Shown: positions 13,476 through 28,000 of the stretch, in pieces | Layout: each line of letters begins with the position of its first letter | How positions within the stretch are numbered: the stretch's first letter is position 1 | NCBI GenBank assembly: GCA_973851085.1 | Contig: OZ316775.1 | Span: forward strand, 13,392,001 to 13,456,000 | Length of the DNA: 64,000 nucleotides | Reading direction: 5' to 3' | From: Ptychomitrium polyphyllum | Lineage: Eukaryota | Notes under the pieces: model-generated | What the model saw: the letters and a program-made list of their open reading frames with translations, nothing else | The model's database searches: none | What the model was told of the DNA's origin: nothing | Position numbers and translations under genes: made by a program

Positions 13476-14748
13476 GCGATGAGACACATCTGCACACGTG
13501 GAACGATGCGGGGACGGTGGGATGTGTGATGCAGGGGCTCTTCCTTCCTTCAGCGGCAGAGCGTGGAATACAGTTCTCAGGTGGATGACGACTGACAAGT
13601 AGAATAGGTAACTTAAGGTGGGTTGAGCCCTTCTAGGGATATATTTATACTGCCTAGGTTGAGCGACACTTAGGTAGCAATTTTTTATTGAGATTATCTG
13701 TGCATATCTCAGTTTCCTCTTTTGTAGACCAGATCTTTCGATTTAATAAGGCCATTTAAACCTTTTGGTTATGATGTGTTCGAAATTCCTTTCTTTCACC
13801 TATTCGATTATGTGTGGTTGTTGAAGCCTTGTTTGTGATTCATTTTAAGTCAGCAGTTCCTTTAGATGAGTATTTTTGGTTGTTTAGTTCTGTTGTGTTT
13901 TTGGAACATAAGGACATTTCATACGAGCGCAGAGTGGTTCTGTTTTAGTCGACTGTAACCTGACAGGTTTTCTTGCTGGCGCGAATGCTAGGTCGCGCGG
14001 TAGATATGTTTTCGCAAGATGTTTTTGTATGGATAGGTTTTGATAGAACTAACAGAGTTTCTGCTGATATGTTGCGACATCTGATAGTACACGCAGTGGG
14101 TCGTACTATTCGTACCAGTATTGGAAACGATGGTTTTGGGTAAATAGTTTACAGCCTTGTAACCGACTCAGACTACTAGGTTTTAGGGCTAAATATGTTA
14201 GCATGTTGTAGTACAGTTTTCCCTTTTGCACTGACTGGCGTTTTGTGGAATTTAATCCTTTGACATACCTGGGTTTGTGAGGAAAATCCAAGACTTTATT
14301 TCATTTCCGACGTTGGTGATTTTTACCAAACACTGGATCTGGAAGGCATTTGGGAATGAACTTTTCATCTGCCAACAAGCTCTTCATCAGAAATGGTAAG
14401 AGCTACCAGGATCCAGTTATGCTACAAACGTTTAGTAATGCATATTAACAACATGATTTGTGAACCCAACTTGAGAATGAAGGTCATTGAATCAAATTCT
14501 GTGAACTAAATTCACTGAAGTGCACTCCAATCAACTACCAATGTTATTCTAAAAAAATGGCATTTAACAACCTTCCCTTCTAAAAAAATAGTCATAATCT
14601 TAAATAAAACTAGTTCACTTACGATTTTAACTATAAAACTCCTAGTGCACAAATTAAATCAACTCTGATTCCCTAAATACGTACAAAACTCTCAAACACC
14701 GAATTACCTCCAAAACTAAACCTTCACATCCTAAAATCAACAAAAGCT

Positions 14749-17700
14749 ATAGGTGCGTGTGGTAGAGGCATCACTATCACCAAAATTAAGGTTACTCTAA
14801 TTTAATTTACATCCAAAACTAAAACTAATTGATGATTTTGCTTTGCATTTTGATGTGATAAACAATTCCTTAACCTTCTTGCTTTAAATAAACTCTTTCT
14901 AGTTGAGCTCTTGCAATGGCAAAAGAAGAAGCATTCAAATTGGTATTTGTTGTCCATCTTGTTCTACTTGGTACTCTTCACTTTTGAAGTAAGAAAATTC
15001 CATCTCAATCATTACTTCTAACTCCAATCCAAGACTTTATAGACTACACTCGACCAAATTGATTATGTCACAAGAAACTCAATCTCTAGCAAAATCATAC
15101 AACAAGAAATTCAATTCGTAATCTTTGACAAACATGACAAGCACCAATAAAAGCATCAAGCATTTTCTTGCAAACATCAAGTCTAATGCCTTCACTAAAT
15201 ACTTTCCATCTTCTACGTACCTTGTGCTTATACAAGCTTTTAAAATTGAGGAATTGCCAACATTGCCCTTCCAAAATTCAAAAACTAAATCTCCATCTCA
15301 AGAAAATATAACACTCAAAGAAAACAACCAACATTTGTAGCTAAACTTGCTATAAAACATAACTTCTTACACGCTCTCTTTCTCTCACTATTGTCAAAAT
15401 TTGGTTGGTTAAACATAAGTTATTCTCCATAATATCTTGCCTTTCAACCACAATTATAGTTTCCAGCATGCAAGTATTGTAGCACAAAAACTTTGTTATT
15501 TGAATTGATAGTGTGTAACTCCCAAGAAAATGCTATATTCCATAATCAATACAAGACAATTGTTCCTTGCCCAAAACACAATTCAATACTAGCCAACTTA
15601 CAAGGAAACAAATCCAATGGTACAAACCAATTCCAAAAACCCAAAGTGCTAATTGCTCTCCTTATTACTCAAAATTCATTTATGCCTTTAAAACTCAAAA
15701 TACAAATGATATCATCTTCAAATGAAATGAAAATGAAAAATGTGTTTTTGAAGCAAAAATATGGCCTTTTGCCTTAAAAAGGATTAAGCTTTGTGGGTGA
15801 TGATTAATGAAATTAAAGTTGGGTGCAAATAGGATTAAATTAAGGAGGACTGGCCACAATTAAAATCCCAAAAATCTCACAAAACACTTTGCATGACAAA
15901 TTTCGAAGCATAATTGTTTTAAGAACTTTTTATATGAGAAGAAAAAGGGATTGTGTTTAGGCATTTGAATATATTGTTTTTTCACTAATGTTGGCCATTT
16001 ACGTTCTTACTGCAAGGAATGTAAACACGGTTGTTGATATTTATTTGAAAGAATCTACAAGAAGTATGGTGGAGTATAAGTATGGTAAAATATGGTGGAG
16101 CAAATAAGATAATCATTCCTGTTCCTTCCTCTTCAATATACCAAAGCTGCCCTTTGTACATTATTCTATGATTTGTGGACATTTCCCCACTTAATCTATA
16201 CTCGCTGCATTCAAGCAAAAGCAATTCCACACTCATTTCTAACAACACAATTTCAATTAAACATGAATCAAATTTCAATCATTTGTTCGAAATTGCAACA
16301 GCTCGTTGCTTGTGCATTGTCTTCCATGCACTTGGCACCCCGGTCGACTGTACACTGCACCATATTGACCATGTCAGGCTTCCGTTACATAGTGCTCGTC
16401 TGCAAAGCGTACTTCGATCATATAGGACAAGCACCTCGCAATTGCATAAGATAGGTTTCCCTCGGCAAGAAACGCACATTAACCCACAAAAACCCAATAT
16501 ACTCTACAAGATAAGAATTCAGAAATCATAACCCTCAGAATCCCACACACGTCTTCAGCCCAGAGATGCGAGTGGAAGAATTATCCCAATATAGACGATT
16601 ATTCTGAATCGATGGATACAATTGGAAGGATATCTAAACGAAGGGGCGAGGAGGGGAAGCAAGAATCCTATTCATCTGTGCAACATCTAATCTACATATC
16701 GTCCTCCTCCGTCAGAGTCTTGAACGCAAACGGATGAAACTTGTAGCCATCCCCTTGGTAAAACTTGTTCTGGAACTCCACCCAGTGAAGACGCAGCGCG
16801 TGGAGGAAGGCACTCAGTGTCTCCATCAGCAGCAACACGCCGAACGTCACAAACGCAAACACGATCAGACCGATCAGTCTGATTACAGGATTCGAGTACC
16901 TGCCACATGCAACAACCGAGTCATGCCTCCCGTATCCACAGACTGCATGCATAGCGATGTGCCCAAACAGGCAAACCTCCATGACGTCCTCCCTGGACTG
17001 CATCTCGGCGGTCGCCACCTTTGACTCTCTCAGGTGTGCCACGGCGATTCCATCTAAGCCCAGTCTCCAGCAGTCCTCTCTATCAAAAGCACACCCATGC
17101 TTCTTCACCTCAGCCCTGAACTAACCCCCTCACCACAAACAACCCCAAATTGATGCCCACACCGCGCAAGCCACTACACCAAAACCATCCCACAAGAACA
17201 TCCCAAGCATGGAAACGAGACGTACCCCCACGCGAACAAGAGGACCCGGTCGTAGAACACCGCCGAAAGCTGCGCGTGTGCAAGACTGCAAGGGAAAAGG
17301 CACGAAACCAGAACGACAACATCAGTCGGTAAACAGCATCGGACCCATCCACCAGCACACGGCCAAACCCTCAAAACCAGCGTCAACGACTTCTGCATGA
17401 AACTCGTGCTGCTTTTTGCATCCCATTCACCATTCACCATGGATGCGGCACATACCTCAGTGCCCACAGTCGCAGATATGACGCCGTGTTCGACACAGCG
17501 CCCAACACGAACTCGATGGTGTGGATCATCTGGTGCACCAGCACTTCGCCAAACTCGAACTCCTCTTCGTCGTGCTCGCCATCCACCTCCAAGTCGGTTG
17601 ATTCCGTGTCAGACCCTCCCAACACTCCGTAAGTTCTCCCTTGCATTTTCTGCCCATTCCACCCACCACAACCAACATTCAGTTTCCTCGCCACACCAAT

Positions 17701-20700
17701 CCCCACTCGGAGTTCAACACGGCAGATCCGCACGAGCCACGCCTTCAAAGAACGCAAACACGCCACAGGCGTACATGCTTCACAAGCAAGATTTGCATCC
17801 TCCACAGACACGTAATCGCCTCGACAAGGAGCATATGTCAGTGAAGCCTCCGTGACCCCGGGGCATCGCCTGCTGTGCACAGGGGCTCGAAACATCTTGC
17901 CATGGACCCACTCTGCAACCGAGCACCTAACGTCTGTGCATGTCCAACTCATGCCTGCGCACTAAAATAAACCGGGGCCCAGACAGCAAACGATTCCAGC
18001 GGAAGTGAACAAGACTCCGACACTCAAAGGGCCCGCTCAAGCCAATCACACTAAAAAGGGGAAGCAGCTTGCACCTGAATATGCTGCTTTCGCAAAAACA
18101 GGGGCTTCGGAAATAGCATCCACGGAACAGCAACCAGCGCCACCACAAGCAGCACAATCTGAAACAACAGTCGCCCTAATCAACAACAGCAACGCGTTCA
18201 TCCAGCAAGGCAATGGCCTCCGCAGAAACCCCAGTCCCAAAATCCAACACACTCCCGGTACAATCCATGCCACGATTCAACATGCACGAGTCCCGTTCCC
18301 CATCACCCACAGAACCTACAGCATTCGTACCTGAACATAGGTCTGCCCCATGAACAGCTGGTTCTCCCCAAGATCCTCCAAGGGACTCAGAAACATGTAG
18401 ATCATCACGTGGTACAGATCGGGCTTGCTCCCTTGGCACCACTTCAGAACGATCAGAAACGACAGATACCCGAACAAAGCGTTCAGGAACAGCAGCTGCG
18501 GAATGAACTGGTACCTGACCCCATCTCGTCACACCGCAACCCCTGTCAGCATCATGCCACAATCGTCTACCACCACAAAACATCGACTGACCTACGTATC
18601 GCTCGGCGCAACAGTCTCTACACACTCTCACCAAAATCCGGACGCGGCCTCAACCGCCATCTCTGTATGCACTCAACGCTCAACGCCTGGCACGTCTCCT
18701 ACGTCACACTCAAACCCGCCCCCCTTGCAAACAATGTCTCACACGGATTCGCTAATACTTACCACACATCCAGAGCACTACGGAAGTATCTCGCATTGAA
18801 GTAGCTCAGCAGAATGCCCAGGTTCATCTGAGAGATCCCCAGCAGAATCGACATCTTCATCTTCAACGAGTTCGTGAACGGCAGCTCTGAACGTGATCCA
18901 TGCCAGATAGGATCCACTCCAAATGCATAAGGCTCGGGGGTATACTTCACCACTCCTGAGGTCGTCGCCGTCCTGCAATCCACCAACATCGACTGAGCCA
19001 GGATGTCTCCAAATCCACACAGCAAGAGCCCATCACACACAACACACCACCGCAGAAACACCTGCAGTGCGCAAAGGCTTCCAGATCCCTGCCACTGGCA
19101 CTGCTATTCACCTTCTCAAACAAAGCGCCAAAAACACGCACCACAAACTCACAGACGAAGAGGGAGCTTACGGGCAATTCTCAATGAAGTACTGAGTGTC
19201 CGGACACCGGTATGCCGACCCCCCAAATATGCCCAATGGAACTGAGAAGAACTCGTTGTATATGAAACCGGTGTAGATCGAGAAGATGGCCATCAGAAGG
19301 ATCACGTACCGCCCTCCATATGCCATCTCCATGATATCGCCAAGTTTCTGCACCACAAATATCCCCCACGTTTAGTTTCATCCCAGCGACCTCACACGCA
19401 CACCTCCACTCTCGACAATCTATGATTCTGCATCAACTGCGCTCAAACACGCACCTCCCACACATTCCCAAACCGCTCACTCTACCAGATGCAACAATGC
19501 ATCTCCGTTCCAGAAAGTCACCTGCTTCCCAAGTTTCTTCTCGTTCAACACCAGGTACAGAGCTCCCAAAAGCAGACAGATCCCGTGGCCCCAATCACCG
19601 AACATCACGGCAAACAGAAACGGGAATGTCACAATCGTGAAGCATCCGGGATTCGCCTCCTGGTACCGTCCCACCCTACACATTCACAACCACGCCTCGT
19701 CAGCACAGTGTCCGGATACCGACCCCGACCGCTCCCACATTCCCTCGCCGACCCGCGTTGTCCATCACCGCTCACGGCCTCTCCACGTGTTCACGCCACA
19801 CCGGTTCGCCAACACTCACCCGTAAGCTTCCACGATTTCCTGGAATGCGTTCGTGAATTTGTTCGTCTCAAAATAACTCGGCGGAGACTCCTTCGTGTGG
19901 AGGACTTGGAAGATCGTGTTCACCTGAGAGTTGCTGTCATACGCCGCTCTCTGGAGAGCGTCCTGGATCTGCACTCCCAAAACCGACATCACCCGACCAC
20001 TTGCACATCAGTACACGTGCAAAGCACCAGATTAACAACTCCTTCCTGTCAAACTGTCACGACCATGCAGTGACGACAACGGATGATTGTCTCACCTTCG
20101 GCTTCGCGGACACAGGGCACCACCCCTCGGCGACCAGGCACTTGCGTGTCACATCGATGCTCAACATGTTCAGCGTGTGGTACACCGCCTTCTCTCGTCT
20201 CACCTGCATCACCAAATTAACCGTCAGCCTCCAAGATGCGGCTCAACCCGCATAGATCTGACACCCTATAACTCCTCTCTGCCTGTACTACGTCTCCAAA
20301 GCAGCCTGACCGTACGGGATCGATGCTGCGGAGCTTCCATCGTCATAATAAGCGTGCCTCACCATGACAGTCCACTGGTCAAGGTTGTAGCCGATGTTGT
20401 TGAAAACGTTGTCCCTGTGATGAATACCAGCATCCAGCGTATTCTGCAGCTCGCCCAGCCTCGCCTCCACCTGCGCCCAGACAAACCTCCACACTGAACA
20501 ACGCGTCTCAAAACGCACGACTCCACAACCATTTCCGAGATCAGGCGATCATGAAAGCAGAAGCCAACTCGTACGATCTGTACCTCGGACTTCATCTGCC
20601 ACTGCCTGTTCGGATCCTCCGGAAAAGGATACCGATTCGCCCCAAAAGCCTCGCAGATCTTCACCACCTTCGTCTTCGCACGCTCTCCGGCAAAGAACAC

Positions 20701-23700
20701 CACGAACACGGTCTTCTCTACCTGTGCCCGGTCAACCGCACACGTCAGCCATGAAATACATCTTCCACCACCCCGACACACGACCTCCGAAGGGACACAT
20801 ATCCTTACGCTCCTCATGTTGTACAACACGATTGCGAGAGACCATCATGATCTGTATTCACGTACATGAGGTTGCCCCAGCCCACTACTCTCTCTCTTTC
20901 CACCCCCCACCTTCCAAACTTCTCCACTCCTCTGCCAAATGGCCTTTCCAATACGTAGCCTACCACCAACCCCACGACATAAACAGGGTGACGAATCTCA
21001 TCATTCGGACGATACCAGTACACCAACACATTCCCACAGCCCCCATCTCCAAGCCACGCTTTGCACCCACCACCCACCTTTTCACCCGTCGCTGGATCGA
21101 TCACAGCATCCTCGATGGGAGCTTGCTTCAGAAACATGTTGCCTCGTGTGGCTCGGAACAGGATGCGCTCGAATGATGCTGCTTTCACTTTCGGGACCAC
21201 ACCTGAGATAAAGCCCAATCTGGCTTGCTTTGAAGGCTCGGTCTGCATCTCCTGTGAGAATCACTCCCCTTAGAACGAGTTCCCTCCGCACCACATGCTC
21301 AAAACGACGAGGCTGGAAACCACCTCACATCACAACAGAAAGGAGGACGGTTTGGTGCCCCGCGCACCAAACCATCCATTCATGCATGCTTGTAGTGAGA
21401 GAAGCACACTGCACCTGCTCTTGTAGAAGCGGCCGATCGATGGCTTCCTCAATCGAAGAACCGTTCTCCGTATCTGCTCTCTGCTGCTGTACAGTTGTCG
21501 CCGCAGTCCTTGCGGAACTGAAGAAAGCGCCGGCCTGTCCACAGACACCAGTATCACCACTTCAGCCAACAAGGACTGAGCATACACTCATGTCACAGGG
21601 ACCATCACCAATTAAGGCCAAGGCCAAACCCCATCCCTCCAGAGGACACCAGAACCTCCCCCATGCAGGACCTACCACGATCATGAACAACAGCATCCAA
21701 TGCATCCAATCTGACAACGTATCATCCACACCACCCAGCAGGCTACGCGACGGCTGTTCACAGCCGAGTGCAAACATCTCCCTCCTAGGCACACTCCGCC
21801 TTGCCCTTCACATTCGGGCCTCTTACCTTCTGCAGCACCAACTGGAGCTCTGTCAGCTCGCTGTGCGTGCGCTGAAGTTTATCCGTATTCGCATTAATCT
21901 CTAACAACTCCGCCTCCAGATCCGTCAACTTCGATTCCAGCTCGTCCAAATCGATATCCTTGTCCAGCATCGGCCTGTAAGTAGGTGTCTGCCCAGCTTT
22001 CGCAATCTGGTCCTGAAAGTACCGCAGCTTTCTTGCCATCTCTCCGCATCGTTTAACCTAGTAGTACAGGGCACCAGGTCAACCAACTTGAGAAGCCCAG
22101 ACTGCGAAACGCGCGGAACGCACGGTACATGCTCGAGCAAGAATGGCTCGTAGCCCGGAAAATGAACAGTACATTGGAGACCATCACACGCCCAGAGGAT
22201 AAGGGAGCCAAACAAGGAGTTCTCACCTGGTTAGCATAAGTTCGCTGAAATGGACTCTTATCAGGGTTCAACTGCCACAACCAACACCACCCACTGGTAA
22301 GACTGCTATCCAAAGATATCCTCACGCATCGGATGTTGTAGGACAGTAGGACAAAAATGGGTTAGATTTTAGGTTAATCATTGCCCGGCTACTAGAAGAT
22401 GCAACGTTTGGTGCTGACTCCGCTCGGAGTCGTGTTTGATGCAAACGGTTGCCACCGCTCTGATCAGCTCTATAGAAGCATCTTAATAAACATGGATACC
22501 AGTTTGAGTTACCCTAACACGATACAAATTAGAACGGGATTCACACATGCCAGACGTGGTCAGCAAAATGGTCGACTTCCAGGCGGAATCCGCGATCGAT
22601 CAAACCAAAGTTGTCTGAAAGAGGATTACGGAAATCCCAACTGCTTTCGGTCTGGGATACCCTGCACTGCCCACAAAATATGGTTTCTGCTAATAACTAC
22701 CCCGTGAGAGCTTGAAATGTTGCTGCGAGATCCACGCACCTAAAATTGCGCCTTTGGCACTTCTCAACCTGGACGGGCGAAGGATACTAAATTCCTCATC
22801 TCATGCACGTTTCTGAAAATATTCTTGATCCCTTGCAGTTTGTGCTATTCAGTATCCCCAATAACCCAGGCAACCGAGAGTAACGAACCTTCCGTTCCAA
22901 ACCCTAATTTCCCAGGGAAGTGCAAAACTAACACGGCGCCCACTCCAAAATCTAGATGTGATATTGTCATCAGAATGGCCCCACGGCGGAACGCCGTACC
23001 CTAATTCATCAAAGCCCTTCACAATCTCCCAACGGAGTACATTTCCATTCCGTTCCATCCCGCGATCTGATCAAATGCGCCAAGCCCCACGTCGGAAACT
23101 AGTACAGGTTTGCCTAATACGTTTTCGTGCGAAGCCCTGTACGAAAGGATCGGATCCCGGCACAAAGATCACCTAGAGATTCACCAGCCACCCGATGCAT
23201 CTGCCAAATTGCGCTCCGCAGGCGTCTCGCACCGGAATCTAGAACCGGAGCACCGACCGTGCCCGCCCATAACTGGTGCCGCTCCGAGGCAAAAATAAAA
23301 ACCCAATCCGGGCATATGCTGGAACCAACACACGCTGAAATGAACGCGAGCATGAGAAAGAGGGGAAAAGAAGGTGGGGGGACTCACGTCCTTGAACTGG
23401 AGCAACCCGAGCTCCGCCAAGTAGGTGACGGTGTCGTGCGCCGACTCCGCGGGGATGATGAGCTGCACCAGCGCCATCTCCTCCGAGCGGAACAGATCCA
23501 TGGTCACCATGTCGGCCAACGCTCCGGCCCTCGCCAGTGCGGGCGCTGCAACGTTCTCCTCCGCCCCGAGCAGATCCAAGTGTGGACGCCTCGGTGCACT
23601 GGGCTGGATGTCCGCCCTCTGCGCAGCTCCCTCTGTTACACAAGCGGCGGAAGGGCTCCGCCTTCCACCCGGCTGCCCTACACGGATGCTGCTCCGTCCC

Positions 23701-23783
23701 ACACCCCCCCTCCCCGACCTCCACCTGCAGCGGGCCCAGCCCCTCACGCCGGAGTCACCCGATGGGATGCGACGAGGAGTGGT
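14749..23783. repeat. Left arm of a 9,035-bp inverted duplication
   Basis: Position x mirrors 48849-x, and mirrored ORFs are identical in the track. Both boundaries were checked base by base. One difference seen (22959 vs 25890). Confidence 0.97.
16692..23510 (-). CDS. VHA-a: V-type proton ATPase subunit a (V0 subunit a), copy 1, 17 exons
   Basis: Mirror of copy 2. MDLFRSEEM start, [43 protein letters not shown] (essential Arg) and [16 protein letters not shown]. Confidence 0.95.
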
Positions 23784-23848
23784 ATGTACGTTTTGTTTTT
23801 ACAGTGGTTCAGTTGTAGCAAAACTTTATTATTCAGTATAGAAATTTC

Positions 23849-24908
23849 CTGGGTAGCTGGTCTTTTTGTAGGTTTCGTAAAGTACCAGGATTTTAAGGAG
23901 TAGTATTTCCTCAAATCAGTTCCAAGATCATTTTATCTTTTTAAGGCATTAAGAGTCGGGCCTTGTATATCACGATTATCAAATACGCAGTAGTTAAATA
24001 GTTTCACGAACGGCTACCATCTAGAGTCCAGAGATGTCATTGGGCTAAATTGAAACCAGCCCTAGTTCTTCTTTTTGAACCATTTCTTGTCTTTAAGCTA
24101 ATTTGGACTTATATTTCAGTGATTATAAGCTTGCCTGATGCTGAACATGGCCTAATCAAGGACCCTAACTCTTTACCATTGATACTTCTCCCTCCAAGAT
24201 ATATTCGCTGAGAAGCTATGACCCGACTTAAAGTTGGCGCGACACTGAAAACGAAGCTCAATAGGTCCAAACTCAAATNNNNNNNNNNNNNNNNNNNNNN
24301 NNNNNNNNNNNNNNNNNNNNNNNNNNNNNNNNNNNNNNNNNNNNNNNNNNNNNNNNNNNNNNNNNNNNNNNNNNNNNNNNNNNNNNNNNNNNNNNNNNNN
24401 NNNNNNNNNNNNNNNNNNNNNNNNNNNNNNNNNNNNNNNNNNNNNNNNNNNNNNNNNNNNNNNNNNNNNNNNNNNNNNCTGGGTAGCTGGTCTTTTTGTA
24501 GGTTTCGTAAAGTACCAGGATTTTAAGGAGTAGTATTTCCTCAAATCAGTTCCAAGATCATTTTATCTTTTTAAGGCATTAAGAGTCGGGCCTTGTATAT
24601 CACGATTATCAAATACGCAGTAGTTAAATAGTTTCACGAACGGCTACCATCTAGAGTCCAGAGATGTCATTGGGCTAAATTGAAACCAGCCCTAGTTCTT
24701 CTTTTTGAACCATTTCTTGTCTTTAAGCTAATTTGGACTTATATTTCAGTGATTATAAGCTTGCCTGATGCTGAACATGGCCTAATCAAGGACCCTAACT
24801 CTTTACCATTGATACTTCTCCCTCCAAGATATATTCGCTGAGAAGCTATGACCCGACTTAAAGTTGGCGCGACACTGAAAACGAAGCTCAATAGGTCCAA
24901 ACTCAAAT
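23849..24908. other. Assembly gap (200 N, 24279-24478) flanked by an identical 430-bp overlap (23849-24278 = 24479-24908)
   Basis: The sequence ending at the gap is repeated exactly starting right after the gap, typical of unmerged overlapping contig ends. Confidence 0.9.
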
Positions 24909-25065
24909 CACTTCGCACTGCGGTGCGACTTCGACACATGTAACTATTTTCGTCACCCGCACCACACAAAGTGAAGACTACAGTACGACGCGAGCAAACA
25001 CACCCTATACCAAGCCCTCGGACCTAGTTCTCAAAATCAGCCCGCAAGAAACCTAAAGTGACTCA

Positions 25066-28000
25066 ACCACTCCTCGTCGCATCCCATCGGGTGACTCCGG
25101 CGTGAGGGGCTGGGCCCGCTGCAGGTGGAGGTCGGGGAGGGGGGGTGTGGGACGGAGCAGCATCCGTGTAGGGCAGCCGGGTGGAAGGCGGAGCCCTTCC
25201 GCCGCTTGTGTAACAGAGGGAGCTGCGCAGAGGGCGGACATCCAGCCCAGTGCACCGAGGCGTCCACACTTGGATCTGCTCGGGGCGGAGGAGAACGTTG
25301 CAGCGCCCGCACTGGCGAGGGCCGGAGCGTTGGCCGACATGGTGACCATGGATCTGTTCCGCTCGGAGGAGATGGCGCTGGTGCAGCTCATCATCCCCGC
25401 GGAGTCGGCGCACGACACCGTCACCTACTTGGCGGAGCTCGGGTTGCTCCAGTTCAAGGACGTGAGTCCCCCCACCTTCTTTTCCCCTCTTTCTCATGCT
25501 CGCGTTCATTTCAGCGTGTGTTGGTTCCAGCATATGCCCGGATTGGGTTTTTATTTTTGCCTCGGAGCGGCACCAGTTATGGGCGGGCACGGTCGGTGCT
25601 CCGGTTCTAGATTCCGGTGCGAGACGCCTGCGGAGCGCAATTTGGCAGATGCATCGGGTGGCTGGTGAATCTCTAGGTGATCTTTGTGCCGGGATCCGAT
25701 CCTTTCGTACAGGGCTTCGCACGAAAACGTATTAGGCAAACCTGTACTAGTTTCCGACGTGGGGCTTGGCGCATTTGATCAGATCGCGGGATGGAACGGA
25801 ATGGAAATGTACTCCGTTGGGAGATTGTGAAGGGCTTTGATGAATTAGGGTACGGCGTTCCGCCGTGGGGCCATTCTGATGACAATATCGCATCTAGATT
25901 TTGGAGTGGGCGCCGTGTTAGTTTTGCACTTCCCTGGGAAATTAGGGTTTGGAACGGAAGGTTCGTTACTCTCGGTTGCCTGGGTTATTGGGGATACTGA
26001 ATAGCACAAACTGCAAGGGATCAAGAATATTTTCAGAAACGTGCATGAGATGAGGAATTTAGTATCCTTCGCCCGTCCAGGTTGAGAAGTGCCAAAGGCG
26101 CAATTTTAGGTGCGTGGATCTCGCAGCAACATTTCAAGCTCTCACGGGGTAGTTATTAGCAGAAACCATATTTTGTGGGCAGTGCAGGGTATCCCAGACC
26201 GAAAGCAGTTGGGATTTCCGTAATCCTCTTTCAGACAACTTTGGTTTGATCGATCGCGGATTCCGCCTGGAAGTCGACCATTTTGCTGACCACGTCTGGC
26301 ATGTGTGAATCCCGTTCTAATTTGTATCGTGTTAGGGTAACTCAAACTGGTATCCATGTTTATTAAGATGCTTCTATAGAGCTGATCAGAGCGGTGGCAA
26401 CCGTTTGCATCAAACACGACTCCGAGCGGAGTCAGCACCAAACGTTGCATCTTCTAGTAGCCGGGCAATGATTAACCTAAAATCTAACCCATTTTTGTCC
26501 TACTGTCCTACAACATCCGATGCGTGAGGATATCTTTGGATAGCAGTCTTACCAGTGGGTGGTGTTGGTTGTGGCAGTTGAACCCTGATAAGAGTCCATT
26601 TCAGCGAACTTATGCTAACCAGGTGAGAACTCCTTGTTTGGCTCCCTTATCCTCTGGGCGTGTGATGGTCTCCAATGTACTGTTCATTTTCCGGGCTACG
26701 AGCCATTCTTGCTCGAGCATGTACCGTGCGTTCCGCGCGTTTCGCAGTCTGGGCTTCTCAAGTTGGTTGACCTGGTGCCCTGTACTACTAGGTTAAACGA
26801 TGCGGAGAGATGGCAAGAAAGCTGCGGTACTTTCAGGACCAGATTGCGAAAGCTGGGCAGACACCTACTTACAGGCCGATGCTGGACAAGGATATCGATT
26901 TGGACGAGCTGGAATCGAAGTTGACGGATCTGGAGGCGGAGTTGTTAGAGATTAATGCGAATACGGATAAACTTCAGCGCACGCACAGCGAGCTGACAGA
27001 GCTCCAGTTGGTGCTGCAGAAGGTAAGAGGCCCGAATGTGAAGGGCAAGGCGGAGTGTGCCTAGGAGGGAGATGTTTGCACTCGGCTGTGAACAGCCGTC
27101 GCGTAGCCTGCTGGGTGGTGTGGATGATACGTTGTCAGATTGGATGCATTGGATGCTGTTGTTCATGATCGTGGTAGGTCCTGCATGGGGGAGGTTCTGG
27201 TGTCCTCTGGAGGGATGGGGTTTGGCCTTGGCCTTAATTGGTGATGGTCCCTGTGACATGAGTGTATGCTCAGTCCTTGTTGGCTGAAGTGGTGATACTG
27301 GTGTCTGTGGACAGGCCGGCGCTTTCTTCAGTTCCGCAAGGACTGCGGCGACAACTGTACAGCAGCAGAGAGCAGATACGGAGAACGGTTCTTCGATTGA
27401 GGAAGCCATCGATCGGCCGCTTCTACAAGAGCAGGTGCAGTGTGCTTCTCTCACTACAAGCATGCATGAATGGATGGTTTGGTGCGCGGGGCACCAAACC
27501 GTCCTCCTTTCTGTTGTGATGTGAGGTGGTTTCCAGCCTCGTCGTTTTGAGCATGTGGTGCGGAGGGAACTCGTTCTAAGGGGAGTGATTCTCACAGGAG
27601 ATGCAGACCGAGCCTTCAAAGCAAGCCAGATTGGGCTTTATCTCAGGTGTGGTCCCGAAAGTGAAAGCAGCATCATTCGAGCGCATCCTGTTCCGAGCCA
27701 CACGAGGCAACATGTTTCTGAAGCAAGCTCCCATCGAGGATGCTGTGATCGATCCAGCGACGGGTGAAAAGGTGGGTGGTGGGTGCAAAGCGTGGCTTGG
27801 AGATGGGGGCTGTGGGAATGTGTTGGTGTACTGGTATCGTCCGAATGATGAGATTCGTCACCCTGTTTATGTCGTGGGGTTGGTGGTAGGCTACGTATTG
27901 GAAAGGCCATTTGGCAGAGGAGTGGAGAAGTTTGGAAGGTGGGGGGTGGAAAGAGAGAGAGTAGTGGGCTGGGGCAACCTCATGTACGTGAATACAGATC

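Noticed and set aside
14900..15800. Coding-like decayed sequence in the outer palindrome arms
   Set aside because: No domain is recognisable in any frame, so it cannot be assigned.
24173..24544. ORFs spanning the N run
   Set aside because: Artefacts of translating the assembly gap.
23849..24908. 430-bp direct repeat read as LTRs or a real duplication
   Set aside because: The copies abut the gap exactly and lack TG...CA ends; best explained as a contig overlap.
25102..25338. In-frame N-terminal extension of VHA-a
   Set aside because: It starts at GTG with no ATG. The family normally begins near MDLFRS, so this is treated as 5' UTR.
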